Assembly: GCF_963921235.1 (NCBI RefSeq) | Contig: NC_086108.1 | Coordinates: 74,154,001-74,218,000 of the forward strand | Length of the DNA stretch: 64,000 nucleotides | DNA from: Mobula hypostoma | Taxonomy: Eukaryota | Reading direction: 5' to 3' | Part shown: positions 1 through 12,800 of the stretch, one piece after another | Numbering within the stretch: position 1 is the stretch's first letter | How the letters are laid out: each line of letters opens with the position of its first letter | The notes under the pieces: generated by a model | The model's database searches: none | Told to the model about the DNA's origin: nothing | What the model saw: the letters and a program-made list of their open reading frames with translations, nothing else | Translations under genes and position numbers: made by a program

Positions 1-335
1 AATGCTGCCAACTGGCACATTTCAGGCTGCAGGAGTACATGCTGAGGGACGCACTGAAGCTTAGAGCAGCCACTGAAAGGGCTTGGAAGGAAAGGACCAT
101 GGAGTAGAGTTCTTCTCCTACTGCAGAGGGAGGTGCGAGGTGGGGGGGTGAAGCCCCTCAATTATTGAAGCAGTTAGTGTACCACCCCAGAGTGCCACAT
201 GAGAGGCAACAGTGCTATTAATATATATAAATGTAATTGAACAGCAGGGAAAGCATTGACTACGTATGTAAAGAATGAAAAGGCATTGAATGGTTTATTC
301 TAGTAAATTTTTTTATTATGAAAGTATATTTGATG
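1..335 (+). mobile_element. 3' end of an L1/Tx1-clade LINE (ORF2 C-terminus and 3' UTR)
   Basis: Frame from nt 3 reads CCQLAHFRLQEYMLRDALKLRAATERAWKERTME*, resembling the CCxLAHxxxQxYxLRDALKLG terminus of Tx1-like ORF2. An AT-rich tail follows. Confidence 0.6.
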
Positions 336-356
336 GCTCTGAACCTAGAAAAAATG

Positions 357-672
357 AGTGGAAATTTCATTGAAACCTATGGAATATTGAAAAGCTCAGA
401 AGGAGAGGATGTTTCCTTTTGTGGGGGACTCTAGGGCCAGAGGCATAGCCTCAAAATACAAGAACAGAGATGAAAAGGAGCTTCTTTAGCCAGTATCTAT
501 GAAATTTATTGCCACCGAACCCAATTCGTTGGGTATACTTAAAGTGGAGGTTCTTGATTAGTAAGGGTGTCAAAGGTTGTAGGGGGAGAGGGTAATAAAT
601 CAGCCAGATGGAATGGCAGAGCAGACTCAATGGATTGAATGGTCCAACTCTGCTCCCATGTCCTCTGGTCTT
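357..672 (+). mobile_element. Degraded CR1 LINE 3' fragment
   Basis: Similar to the 3' ends of other CR1 copies in the window (ttgaaacctat...gcagactc...ctgctcccatgtc). Confidence 0.65.
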
Positions 673-756
673 AAAATGTTATAAAAATATGTTTAAATAC
701 CAAATCATTGTTTCCTATTTCTGGTTATGTCACAATGTTGTTATTCATTACTCCAG

Positions 757-885
757 ATGCGAAGAGTACATGAAAAAAGTAGATTGTTTTTACTATTGCT
801 CACCCCTTGCCTTCAACTGGATCAATCCCAATAACTCGTATTCAATTCTTCATGTCCCAGTCTGCAAGAGCTTTTGTGATGACTG
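757..885 (+). CDS. RBP: RfBP-like internal exon (129 nt, phase 2-2)
   Basis: ctccag|A TGC GAA...GAT GAC TG|gtaag; encodes the CFYYCSP and CKSFCDDW motifs. Confidence 0.9.
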
Positions 886-3800
886 GTAAGTTTATTTTTC
901 TGTTTAAACTCAACTTTGCCTTGGAGGAATTCTAATTTTCATCAAATATTGTCTTTTTTCTCTGTTCAGACTTAAAATAAGGTTTCAAACATTTATCAGT
1001 ATATATTTCACCATCATATATTTACTACTACTTACCGCCTGTTATGCTGCTAGTCCTCCATCTCTGGCGGTGTTTTGGCAGGGTTTTGGCCTGAAATATC
1101 GGCTATACTCTTTTCCTAGATGCTGCCTGGAGTTCCTCGAGCACTTAGTGTGCGTTGCTGAAAGATCATATTATGTGGCTTGATCAAAATGAGTGAGGGA
1201 GTCTGTGAGTAATACAGTTTTTAAAATGTTTCATCTGGTATCTATCTCTTGTGATGTTTGAATTGAGTGATGTTCACAGTTTTGAAGGCGATATCAAACA
1301 CGTGGCTACAGTACATAATGCAAGCACAAATCTCTCTGTGCTGTAATGCACCTCAAATCCAATCTCAGAAAGCCACTAATTCATCACCTGGCTCAGCCAT
1401 TATATTAACCAAGTTGGGGTTTGTCGTTTAATGAATTTTCCTGATATCCAGGTTCTAATCAGGAATTATCATGAAAGAAAGCAGTGTGAATAGTGAATGT
1501 CATAGAGCACTAATAGAGTCATAGAGCACTACAGCACTGAAACAGCCCCTTCAGCCTAAGTAGTCCACGCCAAACCTTTAATCTGCCTACTCCCATCAAA
1601 CTGCATCCAAATCAGAGCCCTCCCATTCATGTACCTCTCCGATATTCTCTTAAATGTTGAAGTCAAACCTGCATCCCCCACTTTTGCTGGCAGCTCATTC
1701 CACACTCGCACAACCCTGTGAGTGAAGAAGTTCTTCCTCACGTACCCCTTAAACATTTCACCTTTCACCCTTAACCCATGACCACTAGTTCTAGTCTTAC
1801 CCAATCTCAGTGGAAAAAGCCTGCTTATATTTACCCTATCTATGCTCCTCATAATTTTGTATATCTCTATCAAATCTCCTCTCAATCTTCTAAATTCTAG
1901 GGAATAAAATTCTAACCTATTCAGCCTTTCCCTATAACTCAGGTCCTCAAGTCCCAGCAACATCCTGGTAAATTTTCTCTGCACTCTTTCAATCTTATTT
2001 ACATCTTTTCTGTTAGTAAGTGACCAAAACTGGACACAGTACTCTGAATTAGGCCTCACCATCTTCTTATACAATTTCAACATAACATCCCAACTCTTGT
2101 ACTCAATACTTTTACTTACGAAGCCCAATGTGCCAAAAGCTTTTTTATGACCCAATCTACCTGTGATGCCACTTTCAAAGAACTATGGAACTGTATTCCC
2201 AGATCCCTCGGCTCTACCTCACTCCTGAATGCCTTCCCGCTCACCGTGTAAGAACTCCCAGAGTGCAGCGCCTCACACGTGTCTGCATTTAATTTCATCT
2301 GCCATTTTTCAGCCCATTTCACCAGCTGGTCCAGATCCTGCTGCAAGCTTTGATTGTCTTCCTCACTGTCCACTACATCCCCAATCTTGGTGTCATCTAC
2401 AAATTTGCTGATCCAGGAAACTACATCATCATCCAGATCATTGATATAGACGACAAACAATGGACCCAACACTGATCCTTACAGCACACCACCAGTCCAG
2501 GCCTCCAGTCAGACAGGCAACCATCTACAACCACTCTCTGGCTTCTTCCACAAAGTCAATGTCTAATCCAATTTACTACCTCATCTTGAATGCCGAGCAA
2601 CTGAACCTTTTTGATCAACCTCCCATGCAGGACCTGGTCAAAGCCCTTGCTATAATCCATATAGACAACATCCATTGCCTTGCCTTCATTGACTTTCCAG
2701 ACCTGGCATAGATGTAGCATCTTTCATAAGATCAGGGCAAACCAAAATGCTTCACAACTAATGAAGTGGCAATTAAATATCTATAATTGATGTTATAGTT
2801 TTGGAAAGGCAGCTGCAAATCTATTTTAAGGCCGGTCCAAAAAACAGCAAGATCATTATCTAAGGGATTCTGATTGAGAAATACCTTTGGGCAAAAAATA
2901 TGGTAATTAATCCTTGCCTGAAAGACCAGATATCATTCAAAAGAGAGAACATTTGTCCGTGTCCTGCTCCCTCAGTATTAAACTGCAGTGTGTGCTATTT
3001 TTTTGTGTGCGTTCAAGTCTCGGCAGTGAGACTTCTGACTCAGTCATGGCTATTCCTGTGAGACAACTGAAGCTTCTATTTCACTGCTTGGCAGTTCTTT
3101 TAGTGTCACACATTCTCAACTGCAGAAGCAGCCTCAAAAGACCTTCCCCTCTACATCCACCTTTACAATCATATGTTTCCTTTTAGTCTCAAAACATCAT
3201 TTTCCAAGTGCCACAAAAAAATCTGGAAGGCCATTCTGTATGACACCATGAATGTACAGAAATTCTTGCAGAAAAGTAGAAATGAAAATTCATCTGGAGT
3301 GATATTGTTGCTCCAGCATTTTATCCAGGTCCCAAGGATAAATTAGAGCAGATAGACAATAGTCATATTGCACAGAAGGCAGTTTCTTTGTCCCAACGCG
3401 CCCAAGCCAGTCATCAGGTTTTCTCTGCTAATCCCATTTTCCAGCATCAACTCATAGGCATCAATGCCATGGTGTTTCAAGTGCTCATCTGAATACTTGC
3501 AAAAATGCTGCTCCGGGGAGGAGGTTCTTGTGGATAAGGAATATTCTCATTTGGTGGATATCACCAATAGGATGAAAGTCAGCTGATCAATGACAGTGGT
3601 TACTAAGAGAGAAAGTCGTCCATTTCAGAACATCCCAAAGCACTTAACAATCAACATATTGTTTATGAACTGTAATTACCATTGTTATGCAGGCTTGCAC
3701 AATAAGCCCCCAGAACAAAGGAATAATAACTAAATGGCATGCTTTTGAAATCTTGATGTACAAACGTATGTTTACATATTAGCAGGATAAATCATGGGGC

Positions 3801-6800
3801 CTTGTTTCTCCACTTGATAAAGCAGGTAGGACCCACTTCCACATCTAATCTAGGAAACTGCACTGGGGTATCAAAGTTAATTTTTGTTCTTACCTTAGGG
3901 TAGTATAGGAACATGAGGCATCCAACAGACAAAAACACTTCAATCTGCTCATACACAGGAATTCTGCAGATGCTGGAAATTCAAGCAACACACATCAAAG
4001 TTGCTGGTGAACGCAGGAGGCCAGGCAGCATCTCTAGGAAGAGGTGCAGTCGACGTTTCAGGCCGAGACCCTTCGTCAGGACTAACTGAAGGAAGTGTGA
4101 GTAAAAGATTTCCAATCTGCTCATGCTGCAATGATCAAATATTTATATTTCAACAGGTATGCAGCTTGTAGGAATGATCGGACCTGTGTGAGAAACTGGC
4201 TCACTGATTGGGAATGGAACGATCAAGGAAATCACTGCAGAAATGAATGTGTTCCCTACCATGAGGTAAGAATAGTAGCATTATATAAATATGACCATTA
4301 GTAGTTTTTGGAGATAAATACAAATATACTTCAAAGGGGTAGAACTTGAATTGATTAATTATATTCATTGTTAGGCAGTACTCTTAGTTTGAAAATTTAA
4401 AAATTGTTCACACTGAAATTATGAACTAAAAAGCTAAAATGCTGGAAACTCAAGGTTAGGCAACAACTATGGACAGAGAAAGAGTCTTAACATTTCAGGT
4501 CAAGAATCATTTATCACAACCTTCTGTAACTCTTTCCAACTAAAAGTCTGCAGATTCTGGGTCAAGTGAAATATTGAAGATTGTGCTATTATTGTTAAAT
4601 AATGGTGTCAGGGCATATGGACCAAAGATAGATAAATGGAGTTAATGTGTAGAGCAATCACATTATTCTATTTGTTGCAGAAACCACTCAATTTTTATTT
4701 CCTTTCACCTATAGTTCAAAAATTGGGGAGCGATCAACTTTATTCTGTTCAGCAAGGAAAGCTTCAAGAGGAAAGGTTGTACATGTCCTTCTTTGTGATG
4801 GAGATACATTTGTAGATAGATAGATATGTCATCGATCCCAAAGGAAATTACAGTGTCACAGTACAAGTTCACAGATAAACAATATTAGAAGATTAGTAAG
4901 AAGAATAAATAAAAAATAAGTTATCTTGAATAGTCTAACAGGAGGGGATCATCACTTCCCTGGTTAGAGGTTGACTCATTATAGAGCCTATTAGAATGAC
5001 CTCATATAGCGCTCTTCGGAGCAGCGCAGCTGTCTTAGTCTATTACTGGAAGTGCTCTTCTGAACAGCCAAGGTGGCATGCAGAGGGAGAGGAATATTGT
5101 CCAGAATTGCCAGGATTTTCCATAGGGCCTTTTGTTCTATCACAGCCTCCAGTGTGTCCAGTTTGACTCCAATTACAGAGCCAGCCTTTCTAATCAGTTT
5201 ATTGAGCCTGTTGGCATCACCTGCGTTGATGCCATAGCCCCAGCACACTACCAATTAGAAGACTGTACTGGTGACAACAGACTGGAGAACATGCGTTAAG
5301 GTGCTGCTGCAATGGCCCAGGTGGGTAACTATAGTGCATTTTGTAAATGGTGCACAACTTCCAATAGTTTTGGAAGAAATATTGCCTCATGTGGTCTCAC
5401 CCTCCTGCCTTGGGCTTCGTAAATGGTCAAACAGCACTTATAGCATAGGAAGATGTGTTATCCATCTCAAAATACTCAGCCATTGACATACTGTTGTAGC
5501 CTTTGTATTAATGTGGCTGGCCGGATGTTTTTCATCAGTAGTGACCCTGAAGAATTTGGTGGCGTGTCTCAGAAATAAGGATGTAGTCAAACAGACTCTC
5601 TCTGTTTGGAGACGGACATTAACGGTACTTCTGTTGTACATGCCACATACTGACCGATGCCTGGATGTTTTGTAGGACTTGCTATACACAATCATCGATT
5701 ATTCCTTTTTTGAGATGTGAATGGTATTAAATATTATACAGTCTTTAGCAAACATCCTCACTTCTGACCTTATCATAGAAGGAAGGTTATCAATAAAGCA
5801 ACTGAAGAAGTTTCAGTTATGACATTGCCTTGCAGTTCCATAACTGACTTCAATTGACCACAACCACTTCCATTCAGTAACTCATCACCTTATTTGCTGC
5901 CACACTTGATCAAATACTGCCTTTATGTCAATGCGAATCATCTCACCTTACATCCAGAATTTAGTTCTCCCATCCATGCTTTGGCTATGGTTGTGATGTT
6001 ATCAGCAGATGATGAGACCCTGAAGAAACAGAATATACGTAGGTGACCCTCATCAGTCTTGATGAGATGCCTTGAGAACTTATACTTGATAGCACTGGTG
6101 ACACAATCTCGAGTCATTTTGCTGATTATTTTTGTAAACTTTTTGAGTGGCATTTAGCCAAAAATTGACTTGCCCTCCATTCTGGGGATTTGATTCTTCT
6201 GGGAATTTTTCCAGGCTATCTGCTGGAGACTGTTGTTACAAAATGCACTGAAACAACTTGCTTGATCTGTTCTTTTTTCTTCTGATAAGATTGCGGCTTG
6301 CTCATTCGCAGCAACCACTCCGGGTCCAATCAAAAATGTATTTGTTTGTCTTGAATGTCTTTTTTATGATTGTAAACTACTGCTGGATACTAAGAACATC
6401 AAGTACTACAAAACTATCCCATCAGCAAGTTGCTTGATAGTATGGAGCTGGACTTATGCCGTACTGTTGTTATGTTGTTGCCTGGGCTTGTTGCATACCG
6501 TTGTGCTGAGGTGATACACAATCTAACAAACTGAGTGAGTGGTTATCTTGTGCATTTTTATTGTGATCACAAGACCTTGTTGGACTTTGGTAACATAGAA
6601 TACTGCAAGTCCAGTTCATTGGTTCATTGGCAACACTGACGGTGAGGGAGCTGCAGTGCCTCAGTTGTGGCCAAGACTAGGCGGAAGCTGCCATGTCACC
6701 TATTGCAACCGCCCAGAGGAGGAGAGCCAAGGCGGGGTGGGGAGAGTGGGGACCTCTGTGGGGTGGACTGGAACTGATACGGGGTTGGGGTTGGCCCCAG

Positions 6801-9800
6801 CCATCAGTGTTGCTGTCTGGTATTCTCTCAGTGTTGCTCTCCAGTGTTCCGTCAGTGCTGGTCTCAGAGGAAGAACATGCTGGACCAGGGCAATCTAGTC
6901 ATGCCACTCAGGGACTTGGGCTATATTATTTTTCTTTCTCTGTGACTACATGTTTTTCTGAAATTGTAACTATATAATCTATTTGTTATGTAAGACCATA
7001 AGACAGAGGAACAGAATTAGGCCACCTGGCCCATCGAGTCTGCTCCGCCATTCAATCATGGCTGATTATTTTTTCTATCTCCTCCTCAACCCGTTACCGG
7101 CCTTCTCCCCGTAACCTTCGATGCCATGTCCAATCAAGAACTTATCAATCTCTGCCTGAAATACACCCAAAGACCTGGCCTCCACAGCTGCATGTGACAA
7201 CAAATTCCACAAATTCACCACCCTTTGGCTAAAGAAATTTCTCCACATCTCTGTTTTGAAAGGGCACCCCTCTATCCTGAGGCTGTGCCCTCTTGTCCTA
7301 GACTCTCCTTCCATGGGAAATATCCCTTCCACATCTACTCTGTCTGGGCCTTTCAACATTCGAAAGGTTTCAATGAGCTACCCCTCATCCTTCTGAATTC
7401 CGGTGAGTACAGACCCAGAGCCATTAAACATTCCTCATATAATAACCCATTCATTCCTGGAATCATCCTTGTGAACCTCCTCTGGACCCTCTCCAATGCC
7501 AGCACATCTTTTCTAAGTTGAGGGGCCCAAAACTGTTCAAAATACTCAAGCTGCAGCCTCACAAGTGCCTTATAAATCCTCAGCATCACATCCCTGCTCT
7601 TGTATTCTAGACCTCTTAATATGAATGCCAACAGGGCATTTCCCTTCCTCACCACCAACTCAACCTGCAAGTTAACCTTTAGGGTGTATGTAGTGTGCTC
7701 TTTGCTGTTGGCTGTGTGTTTTGCATCCTGGTCCCAAAGGAATGCTGTTTCTTTTGGCCATGTGCATGTGTAGCTGAATGATAATTAAATTTGAACTTGA
7801 ACTTTAGCTGGTGTTGGAGTGTCTTTGATGTATCTAGTGCATCTTGATTTCATGTCAAATTAATCAATATGGCTGAACACAGGCTTCTGTGATGACAAAG
7901 ATCACAGGAAGAAGCCGAGACTGATTCGCCAGTCGGTACTTCTGACTGAATATGATTGCAAGTGCTTTAGCTTTGTCTCCAGAAATCACACCTGGACATT
8001 CTACCCCATTCACGCAAGGTGTAACGCAAGTGCAGCTCTTTCATGCACGGTACTCTGTTGTCATGGGGTCACTTGCCTCTGTAAATCACATTACACACAC
8101 AAAATGCTGGAGGAACTCAATGGGCCAGGCAGCATCTATGGAAGAAAGTACAGTTGACGTTTCAGGCCAAGACCCTTCGGCAGGCTGTTTTTGCTGCTCA
8201 GCAAACATTCAGCCCTGAGTTACATTTTCACCCAGTTGGCATTTCACTTTGAGATAATCCAGAAAGTAAAAAAAAACACTGCACGAGAAAGTAGGTACAG
8301 CAGCCTCAGAACTCACACCATCAGGTTCAGCAACAGTTATTCCCCCTCAACCAACAGGCTCTTGAACAACAGGGGATAACAAATAAACTCTTTTTGGGCT
8401 TCAAGCCAGGTACAGGTATCAATTATAACTGACGTTTCAATGATATCAATTTATCTGCACTGTAGATAAAATTGTAGATGCTTGTTCACTGGATGTATGC
8501 TTAAGAGGCATTTTGTTAGTGTGCACCATGTGTTTTCTTCCGAAATTACTAATTGTAGTTAAAGTGGTGTTCCTGTAAGTACAAGGCTAAGCAACAGCTT
8601 CCATTGGAAAATACTGTTTTAAATGAAATTATCTGGCTACTCCTAACCCACGTAAATTTCTATTTTTCCCTACCAATTCTGCTTAGACTTATCGATTAGA
8701 ACCAAAATTTTGATGACAAACTCTGCCATCTTCTTCAGGGATAATGGCTGGGTATGTCTAGTCCAGTGGTATTTATACCCCAGGATTCTGTCCCTCCTGA
8801 TAGGTTAGTCTCAACCAATCAGGTTTCCACTCTATCACATTGTTTACAATCAACTTCCAGTTCTTACTCAGAGTGAGACTTTCATTGTTATTAAAACCTT
8901 TTCCTGTAGTTTTATTTCAATGGCTCCTTTCACCAGGTGGTCCCAAAAGCCTTTGGTGTGTCACAGTAGTTTTGTGCCATTGAAATCGGGACTGTTCACC
9001 TGCCAGCCCTCTCATCTCCTAGTGACTGGGAGTACATTGACATGTCCACCACTACCCAAGGTGAACTCATTTCATGAAGGAACACTGTGAAGCAGATCAA
9101 GAAATACAACAAACTATCCAAACAAAATGCAGCCACCCTACCATTGGACCCAGAAAGGATTGTCATCAATCAAAACGGGCAAAGCATTCACAAGGCGACT
9201 AGATTGGTCCTCGCCAAGGGGCTAAAATTCTCTCTGGTCCCCAGAGTTATACCTTAATGGGACTACATTGGCGGAGTAGAGCAAGCAATTCGAAAACTAC
9301 TACCAGATACCATGGAGGAGGTAAGGATAGAGGTCTGTATGGCCAGAAAAAGAGCCGTTTCGCCAAAACTGAACATTACATTCTAGGCACTATGGCAAAA
9401 CCAGCCATCATGATTTTACCAGCGGACAAAGAAAATGCAATGGTCCTGAGGTCCTCTGAGGAGTATCACGGGAAAATCCAATAGGTTCTGGACAATCCCA
9501 CCTACAGAGTTCTATAGCAGGATCCCACGGATTCAACTGTCAGGATGACCTGTACTTCACTGAAGAAATATGCAAGCCACTTCTGCTTCAGGTGCTGGCA
9601 CCACCAAGACTTTGGACATTATAGTCAGTTTCAACGTGGTGTCCTTGTTCACAAGGGTTCCCATCAAGGACAGCTTGGTTCTCCTGTGGTCAAGGTTTGA
9701 TAAGGGCACTATTGACCTTTTTGAATACACCCTTGCATCGATGTACTTCCTCTATAAGAGGAACTATGATGAACAAATGGACGCAGTGGCCATGGGGTCA

Positions 9801-12800
9801 CTTGTCATCGGCGTTTGCTAATTTCAACATGGAGGACTTTGAGAAGAAGGCTCCAAGTTCATTGCCTTTAAGCCTCAAATGCTTCTTCAGACATCTTCAC
9901 AGTGTGACCTCATGGACTCCAGGCACGACATTCCTACAGAATAGCTACAAAGTGAAGGAAATCACCTTAAAAGAGCTGACAGAAAAACCAGGAAACCTAA
10001 CAACTATTTCTACTGTTTCTAGAAGGATCATGAGGATCCTGAAGAAATACCAGATTAATACCATCCACAAACCTGTAAGGAAGCTCAAATCACAGCTTAT
10101 GTGGGTCAAAGATGACCTGGGACTCAGGTCGGCTGGTGTTTACAGGATACCCTGTGAATGCGGAGCAGCGTATATCGGCCAGACGGGACGCATGGTGCAA
10201 ACCTGCATTAAGGAGCATCGGAGGTGTATCCATTTTGGTTACCCAGAGAAATCAGCGATGGCCATAGGATTGACTTTGATGACACAAAACTACTGTGCCA
10301 CACCAATGGCCTTTGGAACCGCCTGGTAAAGGAAGCCATTGAAATAAAACTAGAGGAACAGAATTTTTAACAAAGGCGAAGTTCTCACTCTAAGTAACAA
10401 TTGGAATTTGATTGTAAACAAGGTGAGAAAGTAGAAACCTGACTAGATGAGGACTAACCTATCAGGAAGGACGGACTAAATACCACCGGATAGACATCCC
10501 TAGGCATCATCCCTGAAGAAGGTGGCAGAGTTCGTCATAGACATGTTGATTATAATCGATAATTGTACCCAGCTGGAAGTCTGAGAAGAGTTCATTCGTC
10601 ATATACGCCGGGAAAGCACTAGATTCTTTTTCAAAGGGGATAATTTCACTCAACTTCACTTGCCCTATCATTGAAATGTGCCCACAACCTATGGACTCAC
10701 TTTCAAAGACTCTTCACTTCATGTCCTCGATATTATTATTATTTCTTCCTTTTTGTACTTGCACACTGGTTGAATGCCCAAGTTGGTTGGGTCTTTCATT
10801 GATTCTGTTATGGTTATTCTTTGGATTTAACAAGAAAATGAATCTCAGGGTTGTTTTTGGTGACATTCATGTACTTTGATAATAAATCTACTTTATACCC
10901 TTGAACTTCAAAGAGAAGGATGCATTTGCTCCTTTCACCAGTTTAAAAAAGCTTTAACCAAGAACAAAGGTTGCAAGTGTCCGTAAGTTTGAGGCATCTT
11001 AGGGAAGCATTTATCAAGATGAGGCAGCTATCTTAGATATGCCCTCTAAACCAGAACTCCTTGAACATAGTTGCATTGTTTTGAAGTATTTTTCTTGGAA
11101 TCATTCCATTTCCAAGTAATATTTACATGTACGGTACATTCACACACGATCAGAATACTGTTCCAAGAAAGTTGCAATAACACTTAATTTCTGGAAATGT
11201 AGTTACACATTTAGAAAACATCTGTGAGAACATATTGTGTACAATAATTTTAGTTTGATGGCCCTTCCTTGTACTGTATGTATTTGATTGTTGTGGAGAA
11301 CCTCATTGCCAGGAAAATTACTTGTGGGATTCCACTAAAGCTATGCAGTACTGTACAGAATGATTAACTTTCTTACACTTGAGTGCAATTACTTCTGGTG
11401 AGATCCCAACATTTTAAAAAAATGAAAAATACAGATGTTCCAAGCAAGTACAAATATCCTATTGACATTATCTGGGCCAGATGGACTTTGAACATATGAA
11501 AGCTAGCCAAAACTGTTAACTAGGATTTATGTTGCACTTCATGACAAGATATGTCCCAGTTGCACGATCTTTATAGGTCCATGGAGAGAACAGTTGCAAA
11601 GACACAAGTCAAAAATATCAATGTTTACACCAGAAGCAGTCGTGAAAGCAAGTCGTGAAAGCAAGTCATCCTTAATCTCAAAAGGCAGATAAAAGTAAAA
11701 AGATTATCTTGTTCATTTGCAGCTTAATATTTTAAACCATTAAAAATCCATGCATATTAATCATTTACCTGTAATTGTTAAAAGGGCATGCTGATTAAGT
11801 ATGTTTGTGAACCAAGATTCCTGCACAAATCACTTAGGCTTCCCATTTAGCACCATAAGATGTATTTATTCACTATCCCTATGCTTTCTGTAACCACAAA
11901 CCTTGTTAATGATGGCTCATCTGCCTTCAGTATTGTTTCCAGCAGGACTCTTTTACTTAGGAGCCCAAGCATGGAAGTAAAAAAAAGATTAGTTTTAGTC
12001 CTCAAAAGGATAGAATACTATTGTTGTTATTTTACTCCATATTTGAGGAGAAAATTGAAATCAAATACCAGACAGGAGGAATTCTGCAGATGCTGGAAAT
12101 TCAAGCAACACACATCAAAGTTGCTGGTGAACGCAGCAGGCCAGGCAGCATCTCTAGGAAGAGGTACAGTCTCGGCCTGAAATGTCGACTGTACCTCTTC
12201 CTAGAGATGCTGCCTGGCCTGCTGCGTTCACCAGCAACTTTGATGTGTGTTGATCAAATACCAGGGTTTTCTTTCCATGGAGTTACATTAACTTTCTACA
12301 TGTGAAATAATGGCGCTAATGCTGACTTTGGTTCACTGTTTCTCAGTTTATTTTCAAAGTGATCTGTCATTTTTTTTTGCGCCCTGTAGGAATTTCACAC
12401 AAAGGATTGCTTACAGAATAATATGAGTGTATTTCAAATTAATTAACTATTTGTAAAGTTGTTGGCACTTTTCTGAAAGTATAATCAGGCATTATATATA
12501 TGTAGGCCTTTATCTGTTTCCTTATTCCTTTTTTTTAGTGTCATAGAAAACCACAGCACAGAAATATGCCCCTCAGCCCATCTAGACCTCCATATCCCAC
12601 CCATCCATGTAGCTATCCAAGGATGCCTTCTTTATTACCCTTTCTACTTCTGCTGCACTTTCAAGGAGCCATGGATAGAGCACCCCAAGATCCTTCTGCA
12701 CATCAATGATCCGAAGCTACGTACTGTGTACTTTCCTCTTACATTTGATTTCCCAACATTTCAAACTTGTTTGTATTAATGCACATGGAAATTATAAATG

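Noticed and set aside
608..756. N-terminal part of ORF 608-889 as RfBP coding sequence
   Set aside because: It derives from a CR1 tail and intron; RfBP similarity begins only after the acceptor at 756.
5300..6250. Small ORFs 5438-5695 and 5938-6153 as a novel gene
   Set aside because: No splice-consistent structure or recognisable domain; most likely very old LINE debris that I cannot classify.
11633..11668. Short tandem repeat (AGTCGTGAAAGCA, about 2.5 copies)
   Set aside because: Simple local duplication with no spacers; not CRISPR-like or otherwise informative.
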